DNA of 64,000 bases from Neocallimastix sp. 'constans'. Its lineage: Eukaryota. Shown here in pieces: positions 44,180 to 56,243 of the stretch. Below the pieces are notes generated by a model. That model made no database searches. It was not told where the DNA came from and saw only the letters and a list, made by a program, of their open reading frames with translations. The DNA lies in contig JBODTK010000156.1 in assembly GCA_050613775.1 (NCBI GenBank), forward strand, positions 1-64,000. The letters are read 5' to 3'. Each line of letters opens with the position of its first letter. Position 1 is the first letter of the stretch. Both the position numbers and the translations under genes were made by a program.

Positions 44180-46300
44180 TTTATTTTATTTTATTTTATT
44201 TTATTTTATTTTATTCAATCTGTACTTTATTTTTAATATTCTACTATTTATTTTATTTTATTTTATTTTTATTAATACTTTATTCTTTTATATTACTTCA
44301 TTATTTATTTTATTTTATTTTATTTTATTTTATTTTTATTAATACTTTATTCTTTTATATTACTTCATTATTTATTTTATTTTATTTTATTTTTATTAAT
44401 ACTTTATTCTTTTATATTACTTCATTATTTATTTTATTTTATTTTATTTTATTTTATTTTATTTTATTTTATTTTATTTTATTTTATTTTATTTTATTTT
44501 ATTTTATTTTATTTTATTTTATTATATTTTATTTTATTTTATTTTATTTTATTTTATTTTATTTTTATTAATACTTTATTCTTTTATATTACTTCACTAT
44601 TTATTTTATTTTATTTTATTTTATTTTATTTTATTTTATTTTATTTTTATTAATACTTTATTCTTTTATATTACTTCACTATTTATTTTATTTTATTTTA
44701 TTTTATTTTATTTTATTTTATTTTATTTTATTTTATTTTATTTTTATTAATTATCTTCATATTCTACTATTTATTTTATTTTATTTTTATTAATACTTTA
44801 TTCTTTTATATTACTTCATTATTTATTTTATTTTATTTTATTTTATTTTATTTTATTTTATTTTATTTTATTTTATTTTATTTTATTTTATTTTATTTTA
44901 TATTACTTCATTATTTATTTTATTTTATTTTATTTTATTTATTTTATTTTATTTTATTTTATTTTATTTTATTTTATTTTATTTTATTTTATTTTATTTT
45001 ATTTTATTTTATTTTATTTTATTTTATTTTATTTTATTTTATTTTATTTTATTTTATTTTATTTTATTTTATTTTATTTTATTTTATTTTATTTTATTTT
45101 ATTTTATTTTATTTTATTTTATTTTATTTTATTTTATTTTATTTTATTTTATTTTATTTTATTTTATTTTTATTAATATTTTATTCTTTTATATTACTTC
45201 ACTATTTATTTTATTTTATTTTATTTTATTTTATTTTATTTTATTCAATCTGTACTTTATATTTAATATTCTATTATTTATTTTATTTTATTTTATTTTA
45301 TTTTATTCAATCTGTACTTTATATTTAATATTCTATTATTTATTTTATTTTATTTTATTTTATTTTATTTTATTTTATTTTATTTTATTTTATTTTTATT
45401 AATATTTTATTCTTTTATATTACTTCACTATTTATTTTATTTTATTTTATTTTATTTTATTTTATTTTATTCAATCTGTACTTTATATTTAATATTCTAT
45501 TATTTATTTTATTTTATTTTATTTTATTTTATTCAATCTGTACTTTATATTTAATATTCTATTATTTATTTTATTTTATTTTATTTTATTCAATCTGTAC
45601 TTTATATTTAATATTCTATTATTTATTTTATTTTATTTTATTTTATTTTATTTTATTTTATTTTATTTTATTTTATTTTATTTTATTTTATTTTATTTTA
45701 TTTTATTTTATTTTTATTAATTATATTCATATTCTACTATTTATTTTATTTTATTTTATTTTATTTTATTTTATTTTATTTTATTTTATTTTATTTTATT
45801 TTATTTTATTTTATTTTATTTTATTTTATTTTATTTTATTTTATTTTATTTTATTTTATTTTATTTTATTTTATTTTATTTTATTTTATTTTATTTTATT
45901 TTATTTTATTTTATTTTATTTTATTTTATTTTATTTTTATTAATTATATTCATATTCTACTATTTATTTTATTTTATTTTATTAAATATGTACTTTATAT
46001 TCATATTCTACTATTTATTTTATTTTATTTTATTAAATATGTACTTTATATTCATATTCTACTATTTATTTTATTTTATTTTATTAAATATGTACTTTAT
46101 ATTCATATTCTACTATTTATTTTATTTTATTTTATTAAATATGTACTTTATATTCACATTCTACTATTTATTTTATTTTATTCAATCTGTACTTTATATT
46201 CATATTCTACTATTTATTTTATTTTATTTTATTCAATCTGTACTTTATATTCATATTCTACTATTTATTTTATTTTATTTTATTTTATATATTTTTATTA
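44180..46300. repeat. Internal (TTTTA)n array of MULE copy 1, punctuated by ~30-bp motifs
   Basis: Variable TTTTA runs separated by AATACTTTATTCTTTTATATTACTTCA(C/T)TA and CAATCTGTACTTTATATT(T/C)A(A)TATTCTA motifs. Confidence 0.9.
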
Positions 46301-47249
46301 TTATATTCTTTATTTATTTATCTATTTATTTATTAATTTATACATTTATTTATTTTAAAATTAATTGTATTATAATTTTTTATGGCGTTAACAAAAAATT
46401 TTACAAGCCATTAAAAATAAATGGCGTATTGAAAATTTGTATTTTAAAAATTGGCGAAATGAACCACATTCGATATACGGGACTTTTATGTGCAATAATT
46501 TATAAGCAGTGGGTTTTTAAAATAATGGTAGTTTAGTAAGTTTTATTAATAAAATTATATTTTTCGTACAATTAAAATAATAATTCTCATTCCTAAAAAT
46601 TTACAAGAAAGTTCGCTATTTCTAATATATCTAATAATCTAATCTATTTATAAGAAATAGGTAATATATTAATTATATATTCTAATATATAGAAATATAT
46701 AAATTTTATATGAAATGAAGTATTATAATTATTATAATTATAATAATACATAAATAAAATAATTATTATCAAAAAGATATAAATTTAATATTTAATAATT
46801 ATTATTAAATATACAAATATGTTACTACACATATTTGTTTTATATCACTATATATTATTGGAGTTGCATTTCGGAATGTGGCTTTAAAAATTTTACATAA
46901 ATTTTCATTTAGGAAAGTAGCTTATATTATTTTTATAAATTTTTTTTTATGAATATTTAAAACATTAAAATAAAATGGCATATATAATTTCTTTGAAAAA
47001 ATAATTATTATAAGTATTTAAAATGTGATACATTTCAAAAAAATTAATGATTTACAAATTGATATGCAGGGGGAGGTTGTATTAGAATGTGGTTCATTTC
47101 GCCAATTTTTAAAATACAAATTTTCAATACGCCATTTATTTTTAATGGCTTGTAAAATTTTTTGTTAACGCCATAAAAAATTATAATACAATTAATTTTA
47201 AAATAAATAAATGTATAAATTAATAAATAAATAGATAAATAAATAAAGA

Positions 47250-48670
47250 ATATAATTAGTAGAATATGAATATAAAGTACAGATTGAATAAAATAAAATA
47301 ATATAAAATAAAATAAAATAAATAGTAGAATATGAATATAAAGTACATATTTAATAAGATAAAATAAAATAAATAGTAGAATATGAATATAAAGTACATA
47401 TTTAATAAAATAAAATAAAATAAATAGTAGAATATGAATATAAAGTACATATTTAATAAAATAAAATAAAATAAAATAGTAGAATATGAATATAAAGTAC
47501 ATATTTAATAAAATAAAATAAAATAAAATAGTAGAATATGAATATAAAGTACATATTTAATAAAATAAAATAAAATAAAATAAAATTAAATAAAATAAAA
47601 TAAATAGTGAAGTAATATAAAAGAATAAAGCATTAATAAAAATAAAATAAAATAAAATAAAATAAAATAAATAGTAGAATATTAAAAATAAAGTACAGAT
47701 TGAATAAAATAAAATAAAATAAAATAAAATAAATAGTAGAATATGAATATAAAGTACATATTTAATAAAATAAAATAAATAGTAGAATGTGAATGTAAAG
47801 TACATATTTAATAAAATAAAATAAAATAAAATAAAATTAAATAAAATAAAATAAATAGTGAAGTAATATAAAAGAATAAAGCATTAATAAAAATAAAATA
47901 AAATAAAATAAAATAAAATAAAATAAAATAAAATAAAATAAATAATGAAGTAATATAAAAGAATAAAGTATTAATAAAAATAAAATAAAATAAATAGTAG
48001 AATATGAAGATAATTAATAAAAATAAAATAAAATAAAATAAAATAAAATAAAATAAAATAAAATAAAATAAAATAAAATAAAATAAATAGTGAAGTAATA
48101 TAAAAGAATAAAGTATTAATAAAAATAAAATAAAATAAAATAAAATAAAATAAAATAAAATAAAATAAATAGTGAAGTAATATAAAAGAATAAAGTATTA
48201 ATAAAAATAAAATAAAATAAAATAAAATAAAATAAAATAAAATAAAATAAATAGTGAAGTAATATAAAAGAATAAAGTATTAATAAAAATAAAATAAAAT
48301 AAAATAAAATAAAATAAAATAAAATATAATAAAATAAAATAAAATAAAATAAAATAAAATAAAATAAAATAAAATAAAATAAAATAAAATAAAATAAAAT
48401 AAAATAAAATAAAATAAAATAAATAATGAAGTAATATAAAAGAATAAAGTATTAATAAAAATAAAATAAAATAAAATAAATAATGAAGTAATATAAAAGA
48501 ATAAAGTATTAATAAAAATAAAATAAAATAAAATAAAATAAAATAAATAATGAAGTAATATAAAAGAATAAAGTATTAATAAAAATAAAATAAAATAAAA
48601 TAAATAGTAGAATATTAAAAATAAAGTACAGATTGAATAAAATAAAATAAAATAAAATAAAATAAAATAA
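47250..48670. repeat. Internal (TAAAA)n array of MULE copy 2, shorter than in copy 1
   Basis: Reverse complement of the copy 1 array with fewer units. Confidence 0.9.
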
Positions 48671-49128
48671 ATATCTATTATTAATTTTTATTAAAGAATA
48701 TTAAAGATCAATGTTTTCGAAATGAAAAATTTTTACATTTTTATTATAATCAATTAATGATGTAGTTTAATATTATTGGTAGTTAATAATCTCATTAAAT
48801 ATAAATGATTTTTTGCTTTCTAACATATATAATTAAATAAAACATTTTATTTTTAAAAATAAATTGTCTTTAATATTCTTTAATAAAAAAAAAATAATAA
48901 ATATTTATTTTATTATATATACTTGTACTTTTATAATATTACATTTAATATTTATTTTATTTTATATACTTGTACTTATATTATTACATTCTTTATTTAT
49001 TTATTTATTTATTTATTTTACAAATAATTGAAGAACTAATTTTTCAAAATTAATATTAAGAATAATATTGGATAATTAATATAATAATTATAATTATATA
49101 ATTAAAAAATATTTATAAAAATATAGAA

Positions 49129-50421
49129 ATGGAAGAAAATTTAATTATTGATATAAGTGAATCCAACAAAGGAAAAGAACAAATTATTATTAATAAAAAA
49201 TATAAATTTAATTTTTCATATAAAAGAAAAGATAATTCCAAAGTGTATAAATGTACAGAATATAAAAAAATAAATAAATGTAAATCTTTTATTATTTTAA
49301 ATGATAAGAAAGAAATTTTAAAGTATAATAGTTCACATAATCATCCTGAAAATGAATACGATGTATCCCTATCTATAATGAAACATAAAATTAAAGATGG
49401 AATTGAAAAAAGTTCAATTCCTTTTGGTATAAAAATAAAACCCCTATATAATAAAATTTCTAAAGAAATGGGACTTATATGTCCAGAATATAATTCAATT
49501 AAATCCCAAATATCAAGAAATTTAAATAAAAAACTACCATCCAATGTAACAACATTTACTGAAATTCCAAGTGAATCTGAATATTATAATACAAAGCGAG
49601 GTGAAAATTTTATGATATTCAAAAATTCTAATTTAATAATTTTTCAATCCCCTTTTCAAGCAAAATTATTTAGGGAATATAATGATGATATATTTGTTGA
49701 TGGTACATTTTTTATTGCCCCTAAATTTAGTTATCAAGTATTTATTACAAGAACTTATGCTAAAGAATTAGATAGTTTTTACACTACTTCTTTTGCAATA
49801 TTAAAAAATAAAGAACAAGAAACATATAAAATGTTATTTGAAAAATTGAAAAAAAATGCTAATACATGTAACAATAATATTAGAATTGAACCAAAAAATT
49901 TGCATTGTGATTTTGAAAGGGCCATATCTAAAGCAGCAAAAACAATATTTCCTAATACAAATATTAAATATTGCATTTGGCATTATAAAAAATCACTAGA
50001 AATTAAAAAAAATAAATTATGCTATAATGAAGTAAAAAATAATAATAATATATTTATTTATTATAAAGCTATTTCAAATTTACCATTTATAAATCCTGAA
50101 TATATATTTGATATTTATGTTATAATTAAAATTAAATCCATTAAAAATAATTATTGTCAATTTTTAAAATTTTTAGAATATTTTTATAAAACATATTTAA
50201 TTGATTATGATATGAAAATTTGGAATTATTATAATAATATAGAACATATAACAAACAATGCCTCAGAATCACTCAATAATTATTTAAATAATTTATTTCC
50301 AACAAAACCATCTTTTTATGAATTAATAGATAAATTAAATGAACTTGAACATTTATCATATTATGATTATCAAAGAAAAATAAGAGGAATTTGGAAAATT
50401 AAAAAAAAGAGCAATAAATAA
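49129..50421 (+). CDS. MULE-family DDE transposase, identical protein to 42430-43722
   Basis: The two 430-aa translations in the ORF track are the same. Confidence 0.92.
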   Translation: MEENLIIDISESNKGKEQIIINKKYKFNFSYKRKDNSKVYKCTEYKKINKCKSFIILNDKKEILKYNSSHNHPENEYDVSLSIMKHKIKDGIEKSSIPFGIKIKPLYNKISKEMGLICPEYNSIKSQISRNLNKKLPSNVTTFTEIPSESEYYNTKRGENFMIFKNSNLIIFQSPFQAKLFREYNDDIFVDGTFFIAPKFSYQVFITRTYAKELDSFYTTSFAILKNKEQETYKMLFEKLKKNANTCNNNIRIEPKNLHCDFERAISKAAKTIFPNTNIKYCIWHYKKSLEIKKNKLCYNEVKNNNNIFIYYKAISNLPFINPEYIFDIYVIIKIKSIKNNYCQFLKFLEYFYKTYLIDYDMKIWNYYNNIEHITNNASESLNNYLNNLFPTKPSFYELIDKLNELEHLSYYDYQRKIRGIWKIKKKSNK

Positions 50422-50495
50422 AGCTAACGAAATCAGTGTCTTAATTGAACGCTTCAAAAGTATTGAAGCCAAGTTAATTGATGCTAAATGTGATA

Positions 50496-51060
50496 AATAA
50501 TTCAACAATTAAATCAAATATCTCGAATCACAATTTAACGAATAATTTAAATAAAATAAAATATATATTTAACAGTGACTCAAATATTGTCAATAAAATG
50601 AAATCAGATATTAAACAATATAATTTAAAGCATAATGGTATTATTAGTGATTATAAAAATAATAAATTTAATGATAATAAAATTGTTAATAAACAATTAA
50701 AACAGGCAACGAAAAATTAAAAGATTTTATTAAAAATAAATATAACAATGAAGAACTCTTATCAGAAATTTACAAAAATATAAAATCAAATATATTTTCA
50801 AATAATGATAATAACTCCTCAAATAATAATTCCAATACAAATAATAATTTAAAATCAATAAATAATTCTAATATTCCAATTAATTATCAAAATAATTCAA
50901 AGAATATTTCTAATGCAAAACAGTCAAATAAAAATAATAAAAAGATAATTATTAAAGTTCAAGCCATAAATTCAAATAATTTACATATGCCTGAAAACAT
51001 TAATCAAAATAGGAAAATTAAAAATCAAGCCACAATTAATACTTCAAAATTTTCAAAAAA
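50496..51060 (+). pseudogene. Possible interrupted Asn/Lys-rich coding remnant of unknown origin
   Basis: Strongly A-skewed, codon-like sequence broken into short ORFs (50478-50720, 50987-51223). No recognisable domain. Confidence 0.3.
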
Positions 51061-51173
51061 AGAAGAGAGTGAGACGACAACCCGCGGATCCGATCCGGTG
51101 TCGTCGGTATCGTTGTGCAGTCGCCTCACAGCTCGACCAGCGAGCCATTTGGGGGAACCCCCGCGAGAAATGG
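51061..51173. other. GC-rich multi-stem-loop island
   Basis: Stems GACGACA(51073-79)/TGTCGTC(51099-105), GCTCG/CGAGC (51131-45), and CCATTT(51145-50)/AAATGG(51168-73) enclosing GGGGG-AA-CCCCC, in very AT-rich surroundings. Confidence 0.75.
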
Positions 51174-51215
51174 TAAAGAATGAATTAATAACCTTTATTT
51201 TATTATTAATAATTC

Positions 51216-52188
51216 TTTACTAAATTGTACTTTCCTATATTCTTCATAACCTAAACCTCATTGTAAATTTAATTTATTTTGATATAAATTAATTTTAATT
51301 TGTAAATAATGTAAATAAATTTTAATTAATCACTTTATTGTTATATTATTAAATATATGTATATATTAAAATACAATTGTAAATATTAAAATTATACTTT
51401 TAAGATACTAAATTATTAAAAATATTAATTAAATATTATTATAAAAATTATTATAAAATTATTAAAATTATTAATTAAATATTATTCTAAAAATTATTAT
51501 AAATTATAAAATTATTAAAATTATTAAATATTATTATAAAAATTTATTTATTATAACTATTAAATATTATTATAAAATTATTAAGATTATTAATTAAATT
51601 TATTATTAAAAATTATTATTAAAAATTTTTACTTATAAAAATTATTATTTAAATATTATCAAATTTATTAATTAAATATTATAAAAATTTTATTTTATTT
51701 TGAAAATAATTACAAGTATTATTTAAAATAATTAAAGATTATTAAATTTATTATATTAATCTTTAAAAACAATTTATTTAACTTAAAAATATCAAAGAAA
51801 ATAGTAAAAACTATTTTCTATATATTTATTTTATAATTATTTTTAATTAAATTATATTTGAATATTATATTATTATATTTATAAAAATTAAAACAAAAAT
51901 GAATTATTGATATAAAATTAATTCAATAATTCTATAAAATTACTTAAATTATAAACAATTAATTATACTTTAAATTTATAAAAAAATATAAATATTGTAA
52001 CAATTTCTTAAAAATTAAATATGTGTACTTTAAATAAAAAATTTTATATTAATAAAAAAAAATAAATAAATAACTTTTAAAAAAAAGAATTATTATTTTT
52101 TTTTATTTAAAATCAAAGCAGGGTAATACCCGTCCCCCCCTGCTTGATTTTAAATATCTAAGTGTCAACCCCGAGTCTACCAGAAATG
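51216..52188 (+). repeat. Module A, copy 1 (direct repeat of 62501-63369)
   Basis: Same start TTTACTAAATTGTACTTTCC and end GTCAACCCCGAGTCTACCAGAAATG, with scattered substitutions and ~100 bp of extra internal repeat in this copy. Confidence 0.92.
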
Positions 52189-54788
52189 TGTAAGAAATAA
52201 TAATTATTTATTAATAAATAATTACTATTTCTTAGTCTTTATAATTATTGATAATAATTATAAATTTATTTAAATTATAATTAATTCATACATTGAAATA
52301 TTATTATCAAATTTATTAAAAATATAATTATTCATACACTAAAATAATATTAAAAAATTTATTTAAATAACTATTATATATTCTTTTATTAATATTATTA
52401 ATTTTATTTAGTTATTCATTTAATTATCAAGTTAATGTAAACATTAGTTTTATTTATTTTGTACATTGTACATTTAAAAGAACAATTAATAAGTTTCTGT
52501 ATTTTTAAAGATAGTTTTATGTTAATAAGTTTAGATTAGATTTTAAAAATAATATTTAGAAAATAGAATAATTTAGATCATTCCAGTTATTATTTATTTT
52601 TCCTTTTATTCGATGATCTAAATTAAAATTTAGAAAATCGATATATTAAGGTTTTATCCAAATATAAAATAATATATTTGGTTTTACTTAATATATACGA
52701 TGATCGATATGAATAGAATATCGATCAAAACTTATCTAGTTTTTTCTTCTAATCTTTTTCTAGATAAGATAATTTTTAAGATTAGAAAAACTTTTTATTT
52801 AACCTTAATTTAATAAAAAAATATAAAAGGGCTCTTGATTTCTCTTTAAGAAATCAAGAGTTATTATTATAAAAAAAAGATAGTTATAATAATAGCAATT
52901 TTATATTTTAAACTTTAATAAATTAATAAAACATTTTATTCAAAAACATATTTTTTAAAACAAATTTATTCAAATATTCCTTCTTTTGCTCTTTGTGTTG
53001 TTATTATAATTAATTTTATAATAAACTCGTTTTTAGGTAAAATTTTTATTTTTATTTTATTTCTCAACTTAATGAATTAGTCATTAAGTTGAAGTTAATA
53101 ATCATATTTAGTGATAGAACTTAGTATGATTATTACAAAATGGTAAAGAACGAACATATAATGGATTATTAATTAGAATTTCAACTTACTTTAGAATCCA
53201 TTATATTCTTCTTTACTTAATATTACTTTACTATATTTTCTATACTAAAATATTTTCTATACTAAAATATTTTCTAAATATATTTATTTTTTTTATATTT
53301 TTATTAAAAGTTTCTAAAATATTATCAATAATTTTATATTTTTATTATTAATATCAATATCTATAATTTAACCTTAAATTTTATTATTTTATTAAAGTGT
53401 TTATTATCAATATTAATATTTTATTTTTATTTTCAAATATATTATTATTTTATTATTATATTGTATCAATATTAAACTTGTATTCTTTTTAGTATTTTAT
53501 TTTATTTTTAAATTGAGTATTTTATATTTTTATTCCCCACAAATAAAATCAAATCTTAATTGATTAATAATAAATATTAAATATATTATAATTTTTAAAT
53601 TTATTTTATATAAAATATAAGAATATTATATTAACATTCTTGATTAAAATAACTTTATTTTTCTGTAAAATCTTTTTAAATTTTGTTTGTTACTTTTCGT
53701 ATATATTAAATAATTTAGTTTTAGTATATGAAAAATAATATAAAATTATGTAAACAAAATTTATTAAAATAAAAATACTTATGAATTAGTTAATTTAAAT
53801 TAATATAAAATTTTAAGTAATTAGTAATAGTAAATATTTTTTTTTTAAATATGATAATAAAATGTAGAAAGGCTTTACATATTTATTTTTTTTCAAAAAG
53901 TATAAATAAGTGAAGTTTTTCAATAATTAAAATGTAGACAGAAAAAATATTAAAAATAAATAATTAAATAAAATTCTAATAAAACACGAACCATAACAGA
54001 AATAATACAGAATGAACAAATAATACTAATTGTGCTAGAATAATATAAATTATTCTAACCTTATAGATTATTCTATTCTATATAATTGGAACTTTCCAAT
54101 ATTCTTCAAATATTACTAAATAGAAATCTTAAGTTAATAAATCACTAATTAACTTATAATTCCTTTTTGAATTATCGATCCGATTCCATTATAATGTATT
54201 AAAAATCTTTAGCCAAGAATATTGTCCTTGCCCACTTAATATATTAATATTATATTTCTTTTGTATTATGTTATATTGAAAATAATCAAATCTATTTAAT
54301 TAGTTATTAAAATTTTCGTTATCAATTTAAATTTATTTTTAATTACTAAATTTAACTAAACCACAATAAAATATTCTGTATAATCTCTTTATTTTTATTT
54401 TATATATATTAGTATTAAACTATTATTAAATAATTAATAATTCAATAATATATAACTACTATTTATAACAATAATATTATTAACTAAAATAATAATTCAA
54501 TTTCAATTTAAATGTTTTATTTATAAAAATAATTAGTAATTAGTTTATTAAAAAAATAGTTAGGCTTTACAAATTTTAATTTGATAAAAAAATATAAATA
54601 CATGTAATTTTAGTGAAATAAAATATAATCAATAACTTTCTTTTTATTAAATAAATAATTATATTATTATTTTTCTTTTATAAATTTATATAAATAAATA
54701 TTGATTTTAAAACAAATTATTTTTTTTATTGTAATTTTATTATTTGTGTTAATTATTATTATATTCCTAAAATTATATGAACCATACC

Positions 54789-54844
54789 AGAAATGGTAAA
54801 GAATGAATTAATAACCTTTATTTTATTATTAATAATTCTTTACT
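54789..54844 (+). repeat. 56-bp hairpin unit identical to 51166-51221
   Basis: AGAAATGGTAAAGAATGAATTAATAACCTTTATTTTATTATTAATAATTCTTTACT at both sites. GTAAAGAAT pairs with ATTCTTTAC. Confidence 0.92.
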
Positions 54845-55493
54845 GTTAAAATTAAGATATAAAATAGTTTTATGATTAATAACGTTACTAGGTTAATATG
54901 CTGAATTATATATTAATAATCCAACAATAATTAATTAATAATAATATAAAAATAATATAAGATAAATAGTTAAGTTATTTAAACACTTAATATCTAAGAA
55001 TATTTTAAATAATAATTTCTTTGAAGGATTTATGAAAATATTTATTTATTGAATTATTAGTATATAATTATTGTAAGTACAATAACCTTACAAAGAACAT
55101 AAAAGATAGATTTTTACATCTTTCTTTTATACTTTGTAAGTTACATAATAATAATATTTAATTATAAGATATTAATAATATAGTAATATGAATATTAATA
55201 AAATATTAAGATAATAACAATATCGATATGTTTAAAATATTTAATATAACTAAATAAATTTAATTTATAATTATATAATTAATTTGAATAATTAAAAATA
55301 GTAGTTAATATATATGATGTAAACATATATATAAACATAATATAAATAAATACATGTGACGTCATATGTAGATAATTGAAATTATTAATATAAATCTTAT
55401 TTACTAATATTCTCAGAATTATTAGGCCTAAGATAATTCCTTAAATATTAAATAAGAATTTATATTAATTATTAATTATTTAAATATATATAT

Positions 55494-56231
55494 TGTAAAA
55501 TGTTCCTTATGGAGCAGATTACAATTACGAAAAAAAAACAAAAACAACACTATCAATAACAATACTCAAATGAAATTTATTTTTTAAAAAAATTCTTTTA
55601 TTAATCACTTTATTATAAAAATTCTTTTTATTAGTTATTAACTGCAAAATAGTTAATAACAACTACATTTTCTTTAATAGAATAATTTTACATGTATTTA
55701 TATTTTTTCTTAATTATATTATAATATACTATTTCTATTTATTTAAATATATATTCAATATAAAATAAACAAAAACTAATCTAAATTTAAATAAAGTTAT
55801 AAAAAACTAAAACTAATTCAATAAGCTTTTTATTCAATTTGTTTTGACTCAAATTGAATAAGTTCTTATTTATTATTTATTTATTATTCTTTTATTATTA
55901 ATACTATTAATTATATATTACTATTTAATTTTTATGATTATTAAACTAAACTAAAATTAAACTAAACTAAAATTAAACTAAACTAAAATTATTAATATAT
56001 TTTATTACTAAATTTTAGGTTATTTAAAAATTAATTTTATATTTTTAAATTTATATATTATATGAAATATAAATTTATTATTAATTTTCATAAATCAATT
56101 AATTTCATAAATTAATATATTTTACATAATTTAATGCATTAGCATTATTTTGTAAACGTGAATTACATTAAATAATTTAATGTACAAAATAAATTAATTA
56201 ATGTACTAAAGATATTGATCATATCTTTACA
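55494..56231 (-). repeat. 3' LTR
   Basis: Direct repeat of 61672-62409. No mismatch seen by eye. Confidence 0.96.
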
Positions 56232-56243
56232 ATCTCGCCCTTT
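56232..56243 (-). promoter_or_regulatory. Polypurine tract
   Basis: Minus-strand AAAGGGCGAGAT immediately before the 3' LTR. Confidence 0.8.

Larger units (their letters stand above)
41525..46471 (-). mobile_element. Complete Mutator-like (MULE) DNA transposon, copy 1 (4947 bp)
   Basis: 10-bp TSD GATATACGGG at 41515-41524 and 46472-46481. Short imperfect TIRs GAAGTTGCATTACGCCAATTTTT and (reverse complement) GAATGTGGTTCATTTCGCCAATTTTT. Internal transposase and subterminal repeats. Confidence 0.9.
47085..50495 (+). mobile_element. MULE copy 2, inverted relative to copy 1, truncated after the transposase
   Basis: Begins with the same terminus GAATGTGGTTCATTTCGCCAATTTTT. It mirrors 42356-46471 up to ...GCTAAATGTGATA (50495), then diverges. 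No second TIR or matching TSD seen in the window. Confidence 0.9.
51166..55493. other. Unclassified non-coding tract of hairpin-dense modules (left part)
   Basis: Many 9-13 bp perfect inverted repeats and recurring junction motifs AGAAATG/AAAATGGTAAAGAA at 51166, 52182, 53137 and 54789. Confidence 0.7.

Noticed and set aside
45988..47805. Repetitive hydrophobic ORFs (MYFIFIFYYLFYFILLN)n
   Set aside because: Products of the MULE subterminal repeat array, with no protein-like complexity.
44180..48670. CRISPR-like look (fixed motif plus variable spacer)
   Set aside because: The spacers are just TTTTA runs, there are no cas genes, and the context is a eukaryotic transposon.
51141..51180. Resemblance to group II intron domain V (AGC...GGGG-GAAC-CCCC stem)
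   Set aside because: The bulge is 5 nt instead of the 2-nt catalytic bulge, the stem below the AGC does not pair, and I see no GUGYG start, domain VI or maturase.
52160..52190. GTCAACCCC reminiscent of an IscB/IS200-605 end; Fanzor/TnpB system considered
   Set aside because: The match is too short and no RuvC/HNH nuclease or Y1 transposase ORF is visible in the window.
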